From positions 23,318,267-23,382,266 of the forward strand of contig NC_081370.1 in NCBI RefSeq assembly GCF_030684315.1: a DNA stretch of 64,000 bases. The letters run 5' to 3'. The notes beneath the pieces were generated by a model. The model saw only the letters and a list, made by a program, of their open reading frames with translations, ran no database searches and had not been told where the DNA came from. Numbering within the stretch: the first letter of the stretch is position 1; each line of letters starts with the position of its first letter. This stretch comes from Stegostoma tigrinum. Its lineage: Eukaryota. Positions 27,428 through 40,408 of this stretch are shown here, one piece after another. Made by a program: the position numbers and the translations under genes.

Positions 27428-27569
27428 AAGATGCACCATGCCTGGTGAGACCATCCACAATAAACATACACTCAGCTGTGGTAAGCAGGATCCTATTACC
27501 CATTTACCAACAATCCCACATCTTATCTCCCCTCTGTTACTGATCATCACAGCATTCACATGGAAACAT

Positions 27570-28335
27570 GGAAGATAGAACTAGGAATAGGCCATTTGCA
27601 CCCCCAAGCCTGTTTAGCCATTAATTATCATCATGGCTGATCATTGAGCTCAATCCTCCTCCCATATCCTTTGATCCCTTTAACACAACAGTTAAGTCTA
27701 TCTCTTTTGTGAAATCATACGATGCTTTGGCCTGAACCACTTTCTGTGGCAGTGGATTCCGCATGCTCATCACTTTTTGGCTGTCTCCACATCTCAATCC
27801 AAAAAGGTTTACACATTATCCTTAAATTATTACCCCTGGTTCTGGATTCTCCCACCATCAAGACCATCCTTCCTTTCTGTATACAACCTGCCTCGTTCTG
27901 TTGGAATTTTATAGGTTTCCTTAAACCCCTGTCCCCCCACCCCTCATTCTTCTAAACTGCAGCAAATACAGTCCTAACCATCTCACCTTCTCATATGTCA
28001 ATCCTGCCATCCAGTAATCAAATTGATAAATCTTCTTTCCCCACAGCAAAAAACATCTTCCCCTAGATAAGGAGACCAAAACTGCACACGCTGTTCCAGG
28101 TGTGGCTTCACCTGTGCCCTGGGTAATTGCAGAAGATAATCCTTATTTTTGTGCTCAAATTGTCTCACTGTGAAAGTCAACATACAGTTTACCTTCTCCG
28201 CTGCCTGCTGTGAGTGTATGCAGACTGTCCGCAACTAGTGCACGAGGACACCCAGGTCTTGTTGAATCTTCCCTTCCTTCAATTTTCAGCCATTCGAATA
28301 ATATTATGCCTTCCTATTTATGCTGACAAAGTGAA
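27570..28335 (-). mobile_element. CR1 LINE 3' fragment
   Basis: VKPHLEQ.VQFWSPYL.ED (ORF 27998-28234) and CR1 3' UTR. Confidence 0.8.
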
Positions 28336-28996
28336 GGTGCCTTAACCTTCCTTGTAGTCCTAGTGTAAAGTTATGCTAGTGGCTCCAACATAGTTAGTAG
28401 AAGGCTGAAGATTCCATTGGTGAAGCTACAGCTGACTTTGCAAGACAATCTTATGCAGCTGTTGAAGGAGAAGCTGAGCTTTAGAGTGTGTCACCTTGGC
28501 AGGATTGGCAGCGGGCTAGGCTAGCTAGCTGAGGAGAATCTACAAAGGCTTTGATAGAGTGACAGTGATGGAAAGATGAATGCTATTATTCTGAAAAGGT
28601 TCATGCTCCATGAAGCCACTACTCATTCCAAGGTGTAGCAGTAGCAATCCTAGTGAGGCTTTGGAGGACACATTCCTGAGCTGCTTTCCACACTGCAGAC
28701 CATTTTGAATACTTGTATCCTTAGCTACAATAACGGCAATGAGTTTCTGGGACAGCAGGCAGGCCTTGCAATATTGCAGCCTGAACCTCAACTTCAACAA
28801 TGAGATGTTGATTAGCTTTGTTGGTGCTGCAATAGAAACTGAGACACGAACCATCACATCGAGTTTGTTTCCAATATCATCTAAAATAAATGGGCTCCAG
28901 GCTCTGCTCAAAATCCTGTATCAATTAGGTGCCAGACTTCTCCATGTTCTATGGCATTGACTGTAGTCTTTCTGGTAAGCCAATGCGCTGAGCGTT

Positions 28997-29117
28997 TTAT
29001 CTATTTTTCTAATCAACCTATTCAGAGATCTTATTACACACCTCTGGAGCAGGTGGGACTTGAATCCAGGTTTGTCGGTTCAAGAGTGGGTCACTACCAC
29101 CACACCACAAGAGGGCC
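28997..29117 (-). mobile_element. Short tRNA-derived SINE
   Basis: Reverse complement has A-box-like TGGTGTGGTGG, B-box-like GGATTCAAGTCC and an A-rich end. Confidence 0.6.
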
Positions 29118-29720
29118 TTTTACACTAAGAATTCAACTGTGTAGTCCCATCAGCCTTCTTCTATCAAAGTCTCTTCTGAGTCCTATGCAGCATAACTGGA
29201 GTGACTACATCCTCCAGTGGCAGGCTGACATTTGTTATCTTTATTGCCTCTCCAGGTTGCAGGCACCTTGATCTGTGTCTCACACCACATGCTGATCCTT
29301 CCTCTAAACAATTGTCCTAAAAATGTATAATGTTTGTCTGTAAGCTTTGGCTGCAAGATTGAGAGTGAGATAACATACTCCTTTACTCATGTCTTTCTGC
29401 TGTTGGCCAGCTTTTGCTCTTCCACCACTCCCTGACCAGTTTGAATTCTTGTTTTCCTGGTCTATGCCATATATCCACTTCAGATCACATTGTTGTTGAT
29501 TCTTAACTGCCCTCTGTAATTGTCTGACAAGCTACTCAGTTCAAAATCAATAGGAATGGGTAACAAATCCTGGCCTCGCTACCAATGCCCAAATCCAAAG
29601 GAAAATTTTAAAAACCGAAATCCCTTACCTGTGGTCATGTTATGAGGGAAGGGTAAGGTTTCAGATAGCCTCTCTGCCGTTGGGGCAATTGAGACCAAAA
29701 AGTGAACAATTAACTGCTAC

Positions 29721-31409
29721 TTAGAGATAGCAAGAACTACAGATGCTGGAGTCAGAGACAACACAGTGTGGAGCTGAGGCCAGGCAGCATCAGAGGAGCA
29801 GGAAAGTTGATGTTTCAGGTCAGGACCCTTGTTCGGAAATGGGGAACAGGAAGGGAGCTGGGAAATAAATAGGGAGCAGGGATGAGGCTGGGACAGCTAA
29901 GTGGGATGGTGATAGGTGAGTGCAGGTAGGGAGTAGTGGGAATTGATCAGTGAAGCAGGAGGAGCGGACAGATGGGAGAGAAGGTGTACAGATCGTGTCA
30001 GGTTGTGTCAGGTCAAGGAGGCGGAGATGAGAGGGAGGGTTGGACATGGGATGAGGCTAGTGGTAGGGAGATTTTAGAACTGGTGAATTCAATGTTTAGG
30101 CCATCAGGCTGTGGCCTCCTGAAGCAGAATATGAGGTGTTGCTCTGTCAGTTTGCGGGCGGTGTCGTTGTAACACTGAAGGAGGCCCAGGACAGACATGT
30201 CACCCAGCGAGTGGGAGTGGGAAGGGGATTTAAAATGGTTCTCGACCAGAAGATGTTGTCGTTTGTCGTGTGCAGAGCGCAGATGCTCTACAAAACGGCC
30301 TCTGAGTCTCCACTTGGTCTCACTGATGTAGAGGATGCAGTACACCAAGCTGATGAATGTACAGGTGACCCCATGTCTGATATGTAAGGTCTGCTTTGGG
30401 CTTTGAATGGAGGTGAGAGGGGTGGTGTCGGGGCAGGTGTAGCACTTCCTGCGGTTGCAGAGAAAAATGCTGAGGGTATAGTGAGGCTAGTGGAGAGTGA
30501 GCAGTCCCTATGAAAGGCACATAGGGGTGGGGAGGGAAATATATCTTTGGTTGTGGGTCAGATTGCAGGTGGTGGAGAATGATACATTGGATGCAGAGGT
30601 TGGTGGGGTATATGTGAGGACAAGGGGGGTTCTGTCTTTATTTTTGTTTGGGGAAGGGGTTTGAGGGCAAAAGTGTAGGAAATGCAAGGGAAATGAAAAT
30701 CCTCTCATCCATCCTCCTGCAATAATGTGATCCCCTATTCTCAATTCCTCCACTTCCAACACATCTCCTTCCAATATGGAAGGTTCCACTCCTGGACATC
30801 CCAGATGTCCTCCCGCTTCAAGGACCGCAACGTCCGCTCTCTGGTGATCAAAAAAGCCCTCAATTGTATCTCTTGCATTTCCTGCCCTTCTGCCCTCAGA
30901 TCCCTCACCCCAACAAATTAAAGACAGAATCCCTCTTGCCTCACGTATCACACCACCAACCTCTGCATCCAGCACAGCTTTCTCCACCATCCTGGGCCGC
31001 CTCCAATGTCACAATGTCACCACCCGCAAACTGAAGGAGCCATCTTGGTAGCCTACAGCCCGAGGGCCTAAACATGGAATTCACCAGTTTTAAAATCTCC
31101 TCACCCCCGGCCTCATCCCATGTCTAACTCTCCCTCTCATCCCCGCCTGCTTGACCTGACACAACCTGTCCATCTTCTCTCCCACCTATCTGCTCTTCCT
31201 GCCTCACTGACCAATCCCCACCACAGCCTACCTGCACTCACCTATCACCATCCCACTGACCTTCGCCAGCCCCACCCCTCTTCTCTATTTATTTCAGAAC
31301 TCCCTTCGCCGACCCTATTTTTGAAGAAAGGTCCCAACCTGGAACGTTAACTTTCCTGCTGCCCTGATGCTGCCTGGCCTGCTGTGTTCCTCCCAGCTCC
31401 ACACAATGT
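29721..31409. mobile_element. Older Penelope-like element, inverted two-arm insertion (P4)
   Basis: Degenerate GIY-YIG (ORF 30013-30348 -) and IPYSQF..RFKDR (ORF 30727-30921 +). Junction near 30690. TSD AATTAACTGCTAC at 29708-29720 and 31410-31422. Confidence 0.85.
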
Positions 31410-31844
31410 AATTAACTGCTACGTAAGGGCCTCATTCTTCCTTTGCTGGAATTTCTCTGTCTGTGAGGGAAGGTAGAAACATAGCAGACAGCCCAGGAGT
31501 TTGACAATGTGGGCTGTTGTTGGGTAGAAAGATGTGGGGATACCTCCTCTGGGGATATTTCTTGTGCCTACTTTTCCATGATGATATTCCCCTCTTAATC
31601 TCTTCTTCCCCCATTTCCTCTCTTGACCGCACCTCCCCAGCTCTATCCTCCTATGTAAGAGTCTGCAATCACATGTGCCAAAACCCTCCAACTTCCCCAT
31701 TGTCTTGAGATACCTTTGCTTTTTTGTGGGGACTCCTTGTAGTGGCCATTAAAGATTTCTGAAACTACAGAGCTGCTGACTAATCAGATTAGCCATTGGA
31801 TTTCTGCAGAACGACTTCCAATGCCTGAGAAGCAGAAGTTACCC

Positions 31845-31978
31845 NNNNNNNNNNNNNNNNNNNNNNNNNNNNNNNNNNNNNNNNNNNNNNNNNNNNNNNN
31901 NNNNNNNNNNNNNNNNNNNNNNNNNNNNNNNNNNNNNNNNNNNNNNNNNNNNNNNNNNNNNNNNNNNNNNNNNNNNNN
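31845..31978. other. Assembly gap (134 N)
   Basis: Run of n characters. Confidence 1.
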
Positions 31979-32589
31979 CTCCTAATGTGGTATTGCTGTG
32001 GAGCAACCAACTATCAGATCATTAAGGTGCTGTCTGACAGGAGGATGATAATCTGTCCTCTTGTAAAATTTACCCTCTTGAGTACTATAAGAAGATCTAC
32101 ACATCACATTTTAGGGAGGAAACTGCTGTCCTTGCCTGGTCTGGCCTACATGTGACTCCAGACCCTCAGCAGCATGGTTGAATCTTGACTGCCTGCAAGA
32201 TAGTTAGGGATGGCCAACAAATGCTGACCCGCCAGCGACGCCCATATCCCTTAAATGAATAAAAATTTATTGGAACAAGGTTAAGTAGTTTTCTCAATGA
32301 TTCCTAGTCTTCAAGAGTTAAGTTACTAGGAGAGATTACACAAGTATTCCTGAGAATTTTAGAAAGTTAAAGGGTCATTTGATTGCTGACTTTTAAATTT
32401 CAAGTAAGTAGAAATAAACGATTGCCACTATTTGGGAACCCATGTCTTGAAGGCACATTGGTAATCTAAAGGTTAGAGCCACACACATCAGAAATCAATT
32501 GTTACAAGCAAAAGATGGTAGAAGCTTGGAATTCTCTTATGTAGCAAACAATCATTCCTAGATCCATAACCAAGTTTAAAAGTGAAGTT

Positions 32590-32807
32590 AATAAAATGTG
32601 AGGCTGGATGAACACAGCAGGCCAAGCAGCATCTCAGGAGCACAAAAGCTGACGTTTCGGGCCTAGACCCTTTATCAGAGCTCTGATGAAGGGTCTAGGC
32701 CCGAAACGTCAGCTTTTGTGCTCCTGAGATGCTGCTTGGCCTGCTGTGTTCATCCAGCCTCACATTTTATTATCTTGGAATCTCCAGCATCTGCAGTTCC
32801 CATTATC
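32590..32807. mobile_element. Miniature palindromic PLE-terminus element (M3)
   Basis: 92-bp arms 32589-32680 and 32681-32772, no spacer, one mismatch seen; 35-nt tail. Perfect TSD TTTAAAAGTGAAGTT at 32575-32589 and 32808-32822. Confidence 0.93.
32677..32716 (+). ncRNA. Minimal type I hammerhead ribozyme motif (PLE-associated)
   Basis: AGAGCT-CTGATGA-A-GGG(tctagg)CCC-GAAAC-GTC-AGCTTT: conserved core, 3-bp stem II, palindromic ACGT in place of stem III, predicted cleavage after 32710. Activity untested. Confidence 0.7.
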
Positions 32808-33132
32808 TTTAAAAGTGAAGTTGGTTTTTTTGGTTAACCAGTGGTATATAGTGATATCAGGTAAAAGTAGTTTTAACAGGTTAAACCTCAGAGAGGCCAT
32901 GATCTCATTGAATGGTACAAGAGGGCAATGGGAGAAAAAAAGACATATGGTTTCCTTTCTTGCTCAAACTGCCAATGCCTTATGAGTACAATTTAAATTT
33001 CAACCTTAGCTAAACACATTCAAAGCAGAGGTGTAGTTCACCTGGTGCAAAATTTCAGTGATGCATTGATATAGATTATGCTTTTTTTCCCTTCAATCTT
33101 GTCTTTGTTATGTTTCCAACTGTCTCCATCAG

Positions 33133-33242
33133 GTGGAATAGTGAAGGGAGATCAAATAATGGCTGTCAATGGAAAGATACTCACAGATGCTACCTTACGT
33201 GAAGCTCAGGCAACACTGGAAAAGTCTTGGAATAGTGGTGGT
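33133..33242 (+). CDS. USH1C: Harmonin PDZ3 exon ([37 protein letters not shown])
   Basis: Pyrimidine-rich ccatcag acceptor, gtaagt donor, 110 nt, phase 1-0. Contains the PDZ GD-x-I-x-x-VNG motif. Confidence 0.95.
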
Positions 33243-33467
33243 GTAAGTATACATACCTCTCATAATAGACTTTTTAGGGTGTGACCATTAAGTGATCCAG
33301 TACCATTTTTTAAAAGGAAGACCAAAATAGAACTAATTTTAATCGACCTCAGGCAAAACAATCACTATTTACATCCTCCAGAGAAACCTCTAATTACCCA
33401 CATTGTCCACGGATATAGTTGATTTTACACCATTGATATCCTATTGACCATCACATCTTAGAATTAT

Positions 33468-33789
33468 AGAATCCCTGCAGTGTGGAAGCAGGCCATTCAG
33501 TCCACACCAACTCACCGAAGAGCAGCCCACCCCACTACCCTAGCCGGTAACTCTGCATTTCTCATGGCTAATCCACGTAACCTGCACATCCCTTGACACT
33601 GTGAGCAATTTATCAAGGCCAATCCACTTAACCTGCACATCTTTGGACTGTGGGAAGAAACCTGACATCCAGAGAAAACCCATGCAGACATGGGGAGAAT
33701 GTCTCTGTAGTTTGCACAGTCTCCCAAGGGTGGAATTGAATGTGGGTCCCTGGTGCTGTGAGGTAGCAGTGCTAACCACTGTGCAGCCC
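33468..33789 (-). mobile_element. tRNA-derived V-SINE (HE1-like)
   Basis: Reverse complement of the same family as 3583-3890. Confidence 0.85.
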
Positions 33790-34299
33790 TTGTGATCTTT
33801 TCACTGTCTGTACAATGACGTTGCTTCTTCATTAGTGAGTTATGGAGGAACTGCACCAAAAAATTGGGAAAAACAATTGCCATTTTATGAGCAACCTGCC
33901 ACAAGCTCCATATTCAAGTAATGACTCAAACTCCTGCATAGCTATTGTTTTAGACTGAACCAGGTGATTTTCAACTTAAACATCCTCAACATATATTGAG
34001 CTTCTAAGCCTATACCTTTCCTAATCACGAACTGTGCCCACTCTGTTTCCCAAGCAGTATTTCCTAATTTTTTTTTAACATCCTTCTCCTGCAAGCTTGC
34101 TGACCAGCATTAGCTTATATTTGCCAGCATCCATTAACATGCATTTCTTTACCAAAACTTTGTGACTCTTCTTCACATCTTGTTTAGCTGATTTCACTTT
34201 TACATTTCAGTGAAGCATGTTAAAAAATTTAATACTGCATGTTCTCTCCATGCTTAAATATACCTTCTCAGGTAGTGCCTCAGGATTGAGTAATAACCT

Positions 34300-34640
34300 A
34301 CTTCCACTCCAGTATTCCATAACCAAAGGCCCCTCCCACTCTGGTAATACTCTCTCCCACCCTCTTCCATCAGGAAGAAGATATAAAAGTTTGGATACAC
34401 ATGTGAACAGATTCAAGAACAACTTCTTCCCCGCTACTATTAGACATCGGAATGGACCTCTCAAATTTTAAATTTAATGTTGATCTCGCTCTCTGTGCGC
34501 CTTCTCTGCAGTTGTAACATTGTATTCTTCACTCTGTTCTATTACTGTATGCACTTTGTGTGGTATGATCTGCCTATAGTGCATGCAAAACAAAACTTTT
34601 TGCTGTACCCAGGTACATGACAATAATAAATGAAATCAAG
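34300..34640 (+). mobile_element. Rex1/Babar-type LINE 3' end
   Basis: PSHSG..L..PLPSGRRYKSL....NRFKNNFFPATIR motif, followed by UTR and aataaat tail. Confidence 0.75.
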
Positions 34641-37600
34641 GAAAATATGTGTGTTGAGGTGGTGAAACTAACCAGTGCTGGATTCACACACCCTGCCCTC
34701 GGGTGGGGAAGATGGGGTGTGATGAAGTGGGTGGGTAGGATACTCAGGTTTTTGCTATATTTTCTGTTTATTATTAATATGTGTTTTATTAAGATTTCTG
34801 TGCTATGGTGCCATTGGCATGCAAATTATGATTATCCTGGATTTTGTGGTAGAAGTAACAGTTAGACTATCTGTGCTCCCGATTATTAAGAAATAAATTG
34901 GACAGCAACCCCTAGTGTCCACAGTTAACACAGGTAATATTTTAGCGATTGACCCTGCTTTTGCTGCACAGCCCTTTTAGTACTGGTATCTCACTAAGTG
35001 ACATGACAGTGGAGCACAAAAAAGGTATGTGATATATCAAATTATCCAGTAGATATCCACTAAACATACAAGAGAAGTTTAGGACAAGCCCACTCAAATG
35101 TAAATGCTACCGAAGGTTGACTTGTAGAAATGTGGAATTCCATTCCTTCAGATTCTGATTATTGTGGAACACATTAAAACAAGTAATTTCATTAACTCTT
35201 TCTTTGTCTTCTCTATCTCACTTTCAATATTATTTTTCTTTCCCTTCTTCATTTTGTGTCATTTATGTGACTTAACAATGATTTTAATATTCTTGGATGT
35301 CCTGGTTTAGACTTTGAGTGACTCAATAAAACTCCTTGATCTGATTAGTTGAACACTAATTGCTTACCCAATTCACACAGACCCCAATCTCTAGGAGATT
35401 ATTCTGTGCTGCATTACATTCCTAGTGATCATATCACCAGCCAAAAGCCAACAAGAGGATTTTGGGCAACAATACAGATAATGAATGATGGTTGTATTCT
35501 CTTGCCACTGACCACTAAGTCTAGATTAACATGTTGTTTGCAGGTCTGTCACAACACTTAATAATTCTTCTTTAGCATTGCCTGTATTGAGTAAGATGTG
35601 TAAAATTGTCAGAAGTATAATAATGCGTAATAGACTGTATACTTCCAAATCTTTTTCTTACACACATTAATTCTTTCTTGAGCTCCTAAGTTGGTTTCAT
35701 TTTTCCACTTTTTTTTTCTATGCTTGTCAGTCACCACTCTCATAGCTGTATCATTCTAATGATTTTTGTCTTTCACTGTTTCCACCTCATTTATTCTTTC
35801 TTTCCATCTTCCCCATTCCATTCCTGAGACCATGTCTCCCCTAGTCTGTATATTTCCACCTATGTATGGATCTCACACACATTCTTGTATTTACATACTA
35901 AATATCATTCACTTGTCTTTTTAAAAGATCAGTTGTATTTGCAGAAAGATGAGAGGCAGCATGCAGCAAGTCAGAAATATCTATAATCATTTTTATTCTC
36001 ATTACTAACAGCAAAAATTATTGGTCTGAGGGTATTTTTATTATACTTTCCCAATGACTACAAGAAAATTGAGTTCAGCCTGTTTTGTGAGGTGGAACAC
36101 AATGTGGTGGAAAAAATTACAGATGGTGAAAGAATAAAACAGTTTCTCTGACTAATGGGTTTTATTGAATCCTAGCTTTCAAAATCTCTAATGATTGGTT
36201 GCTGTAAATGTCCAGGTGATAACATACATACAGTAAACAACAGCTTTATCTGCAAGATAAAATAACTTTTATTTAAATAGTGCTTTCAGCATAGGAAGAT
36301 TCAGTGTTCCAATTACAGGGCAGCGAGTAAATCTGCCCCGAATGTTGCCAAATCGCCTGGAAACTCATGGGGACATCCAGCCAGAGAAATATAACCCCAA
36401 TAAATAGAATGGAAGGAATGGTGAGGAGCTGCTACTCCAATCAATGGCTAGTTGTATGGCAGTACTACTGAACTAAATGGGTTAGACGTCAAAACTGGCC
36501 ATCTTCAGATGCTTCCTCAATGGCCTTCCTTACAATACAATGTCAGAAATGGGAATGTTTACTGATGATTGCACAAAATTCAACACCATTCATGACACCT
36601 TAGATTCTGAAATAGTCAACATTCGTATTGTAAGACCTGGTCAACATCCATTATTGAGTAATACACAATGAAACCCTTAACAACCAAAATTCATGAATAG
36701 TGATTTTATCATGAAAATACCTCCTTTATTGTCTCAACATTTAAAAACATCAAAAAACTGTATGACTCCTATCTCTACATTTTTTTTGTTCCTTCTTCTG
36801 ATTTATTTTCATTTTTGTCATTACTGACATCAAATCATCTACCCTCTTTGATTATTTATTGAAATGTTTCTACTTTACAATGAAAGACTGTAGCCCAGCT
36901 GCATTTGATCTTGAGGAATTCCATAGAAACTTCCATGATACAAAGTATCGAAAGAGTACACACTGGCTTATATTAATTCAGCTGATAACTTCCATAGCTA
37001 TTCATCGTTGTCTCTTATCCAAATCACGTGGATTTCAACACAAGCAGGAAAGAAATTGAATCTATTCACTAATGATAAAACAGATACTTCAAATCCACTC
37101 AATTCTCATGCCCATTGATTTCTGGTTGAAATTTGGAGGTTTGAAATAAAAGGCAAAATCAGTTTTCGAATGAAAAAATTAATTATTATGTCAATAATTA
37201 TCAGTATGTTAGCTCAAAGACATGTAAAAATTAGCTAAGATCCATTGGCCAAAAATGTCTCAGATTAATTTGTGCCATATGCTGCATTGGTTGATTGCAG
37301 CAATATCCGAGTTGTTTCCAGAAAGAATGTACTTCATGGCTCAGGTTTGTGCTAGGCACCAAATATAAAAATCAAATGTACGAAGGTAACCTTTCACCCT
37401 AAATCTAGTGCTGAACATATTTTTCTCCATTTCAACAGTATTTTGGTTAGTATAGTTCTGGAGTGCCATAAATCTGTCTGAAGGGAATTAGAACTTTTAA
37501 AGTACCATTGAAAATCCTTGAATTCTGTGCTCATTCTGTGCTTCTATGTGATGTGTGATAAAGTATTTGACCAATCAACATGGGAAGCTGGATCATATCA

Positions 37601-37882
37601 TCACTTGATCTCCATGATTAATGGGCTTCCAGAAATTAACTGGATAGCAATCCATGGTAACAACCAGCTGATTTTTCCCCTTTCTAACTCTTAGGAGATT
37701 TGCATTAATTTTTGCAACATTTTCATTGCTTGACTGAGATCAGTAATGCCAGTTAACATCTCTCTCTTCTCGATCTCTATGTGGCTCCTTTTGCTCATTA
37801 AAGAGCCACCAAAAGCATATTTTTAAACAATAACTTAAATCTTTTTATTACGAAATATAAAGCTATTGTATTTTTCTTACAG

Positions 37883-37938
37883 GATTGGATAGATCTTGTT
37901 ATTGCTGTGTCCCCACCAAAGGAATATGAAGATGAAGT
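37883..37938 (+). CDS. USH1C: Harmonin exon (DWIDLVIAVSPPKEYEDE-V)
   Basis: tttttcttacag acceptor, gtaggt donor, 56 nt, phase 0-2. Matches harmonin DWIDLVVAVCPPKEYDDE as I recall it. Confidence 0.95.
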
Positions 37939-40132
37939 GTAGGTCAAAATTTACAGCTAAGCATTGGTTAATTTCCATCTGCATGCAGTATTATGTGAAT
38001 TACCATTCAGATATCTATATGCATCTTTTAAATCTTTTCTCTCTTTTCAATGTTACTGATCTTCAAATGAAAAGATTTTTTTCAAGGGCTGTACCTATAT
38101 CTTCTAGTATAGGAAGCCAGTGAAAAGTGTCCGACATCCTGGATAGGAGAGAGATTTGGAGAATAGGGACCATAGTGGGCAACGCATTGTATTTGTCACT
38201 TAGTTGCTCTCTAAAGTGGCGAAGCAGTGATTCCAAATGAAGATGGCTCAACCATTTTAGGACTACCAGAATGGGTAATAAATAGTGTTCTTGACTTTGA
38301 TACTCGTATCTCACAGGTGAAGAAGTACTTCCTAAAAATCTGTAAACCTCAAATGAACATCAATGACTGATCCCATTGTGTGGATAGGTATTGCAAGCAA
38401 ATCATAAACACTACGAGTAAACAAATGAACACATTCCAAGAATTGAGCTTTATATTGTGGATAATTTCAAAGCTTGAAGCTAAATTAGCAATGAAAATTT
38501 GCACATCTGTCACCTTGGCTTCACAAATCATGAGGGTTTTGACAGAGATTGTTGAACATCATTATTATTTGAGTGCAAATCTGCTGTTGCTCAAACAAAT
38601 GTGGGGAGGTGCAGCAGAGGACTGAGAGGAAGGCTTTAGTGGCTTCTTAATCAACAGAGGATGACATTGCTGTCGACACCTATGACATCCACTACAGATA
38701 TTAGAAGATTGTTATCATTAAAGTCAGAAAGATTTAAATGCTTGTTTATAGTGTATTGACGATAATTGACTTTGAAAAAAGTGAGGCATCGATGAAGTAA
38801 AGTAATTAATTTGTTTGCAGTAAGTCTGATGTTTGGCATCATTTGTTCTTAGAAAGGTGCGCATGTTATGTTTTCCATGTCACTGATGTTACTGCTAACC
38901 TAACATTAACTGGCAAATGTTGCTGCTTTCAACTGTGGAACTGAAAAATCGCATGTACTATTCTATCAGTGCTGGAGTAATGATCAGAAAAATTTGCTGC
39001 AATAGCATATACAATTTGAATGTTGCAAATACTACTGCATCCCAAAATGCCATGCACCAACACTCCAGATGTGGGCCTTACTGGATCCATTTCAAATAGA
39101 TCATGATTAACAGTTCCTGGAGTGCTGGAAATGTACAAGGTAGACAGATTGTGATTTCCATCATTACAATGTTGATTTGATTCTTGCAGTGCCATTTTTT
39201 TGCTGCGCCAATCAAACCAATGCCCTCATTTAATATTGCTCACCTAAAAGTGCATGTAGCAAAAGGAAAGACTGCACCAACACAATTTAAAGAGGTCATT
39301 AACCTCTCCCATGTTAGTCATTAATTTCTAATAGTTGTTGTTCTGTTTGTATTGTCATTTCAAATTAGTGATGTTAAAGGGAATGAGCTGACATGGTGAA
39401 GCCCTTGGTTCTGATTTCCCAGATTCTGCTTAAACCACTTGCTCTATCATGAGTTCTGTAACTTGTATCTATGAGAAGCAATATGCCCAGTGCCTCCATT
39501 TCACTAACAATCTTGCTGCCCATCTCCAGGCAAATCTGTAGCATCAAAGCAGGGCAAAGATGACACTGTCAATGGTAGTGAGGGTGATTACAGCCATGAA
39601 CTTCTTTATACTGTGCTTATTCTAAGCTACAGCAAGAGCCTTCTCCAATATTGTGCAATTCCCTGTTCACAGTTGTGTGAGATTGAAACTCTGGATGCAA
39701 AGGGAAAAATATTGCTGTTTTATTTTTCCAGAGAGCTAAACACAATATGCATGTGACTTTGCCAGGATGGTAGTCAGCCCTGTATTAGACCATAATGTCA
39801 TCAATCCGACTGAATCAACACTTTCATGGCCTAGATTGGGTGAGGATATGCAGCTGTGCAGTTGTCCTGCAGGAGCAGTGGATATATACCAGTGAGTGTG
39901 ATGCAGTATGCTTGCTGTGAATGGCATTCCTGAGGTAATTGAATGGTTGGCCACATGTGCAAGCTGTGTGTTGCAGGTGTGAGGCTTGCAGCAGCGCTAG
40001 GTTTGTGAAGTTGAGGTAAACGGTGAATGTGAAGAATGGTTTGGGATTTGTATCAATTGTTAGGAGCTAAGTGATGGAGGTGTGATGCATTGAATACTCT
40101 GTAAAGCTGCTGACACAGTTGGTAGAATATGA

Positions 40133-40296
40133 ACTGCAGATGCCATAAATCAGGAACAAAAACAAAGTTGCTGGAAAAGCTCAGCATGTCTGGCAGCATC
40201 TGTGAAGGAGAAGACAGAGTTAATATTTTGGGTCTGGTGACCCTTCCTGAAAGGGTCACCGGACCCGAAACGTTAACTCTGCTTGCTCCTTCACAG
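40133..40296. mobile_element. Miniature palindromic element of a second PLE-like lineage (M7)
   Basis: Inverted arms ...gagttaatattttgggtctggtgacccttcc/tgaaagggtcaccggacccgaaacgttaactc. Flanks cacagtt-ggtagaatatga and cacagttgtggtggaatatga form a degenerate TSD. Confidence 0.7.
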
Positions 40297-40408
40297 TTGT
40301 GGTGGAATATGATATTTGAAGATGCATTTGCCAGCCCCAACCACTTGCATGAGATCATTAACTTTCTTATGACACTTGCCCCAATCCTTAAGATATACCT
40401 GCTACTTG

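Noticed and set aside
31789-32010. ORF spanning X residues
   Set aside because: Artefact of the N gap.
37645-37665. CCATGGTAAC RFX X-box-like half site upstream of a USH1C exon
   Set aside because: Only one good half site, and it lies in apparently SINE-like decayed sequence; insufficient support.
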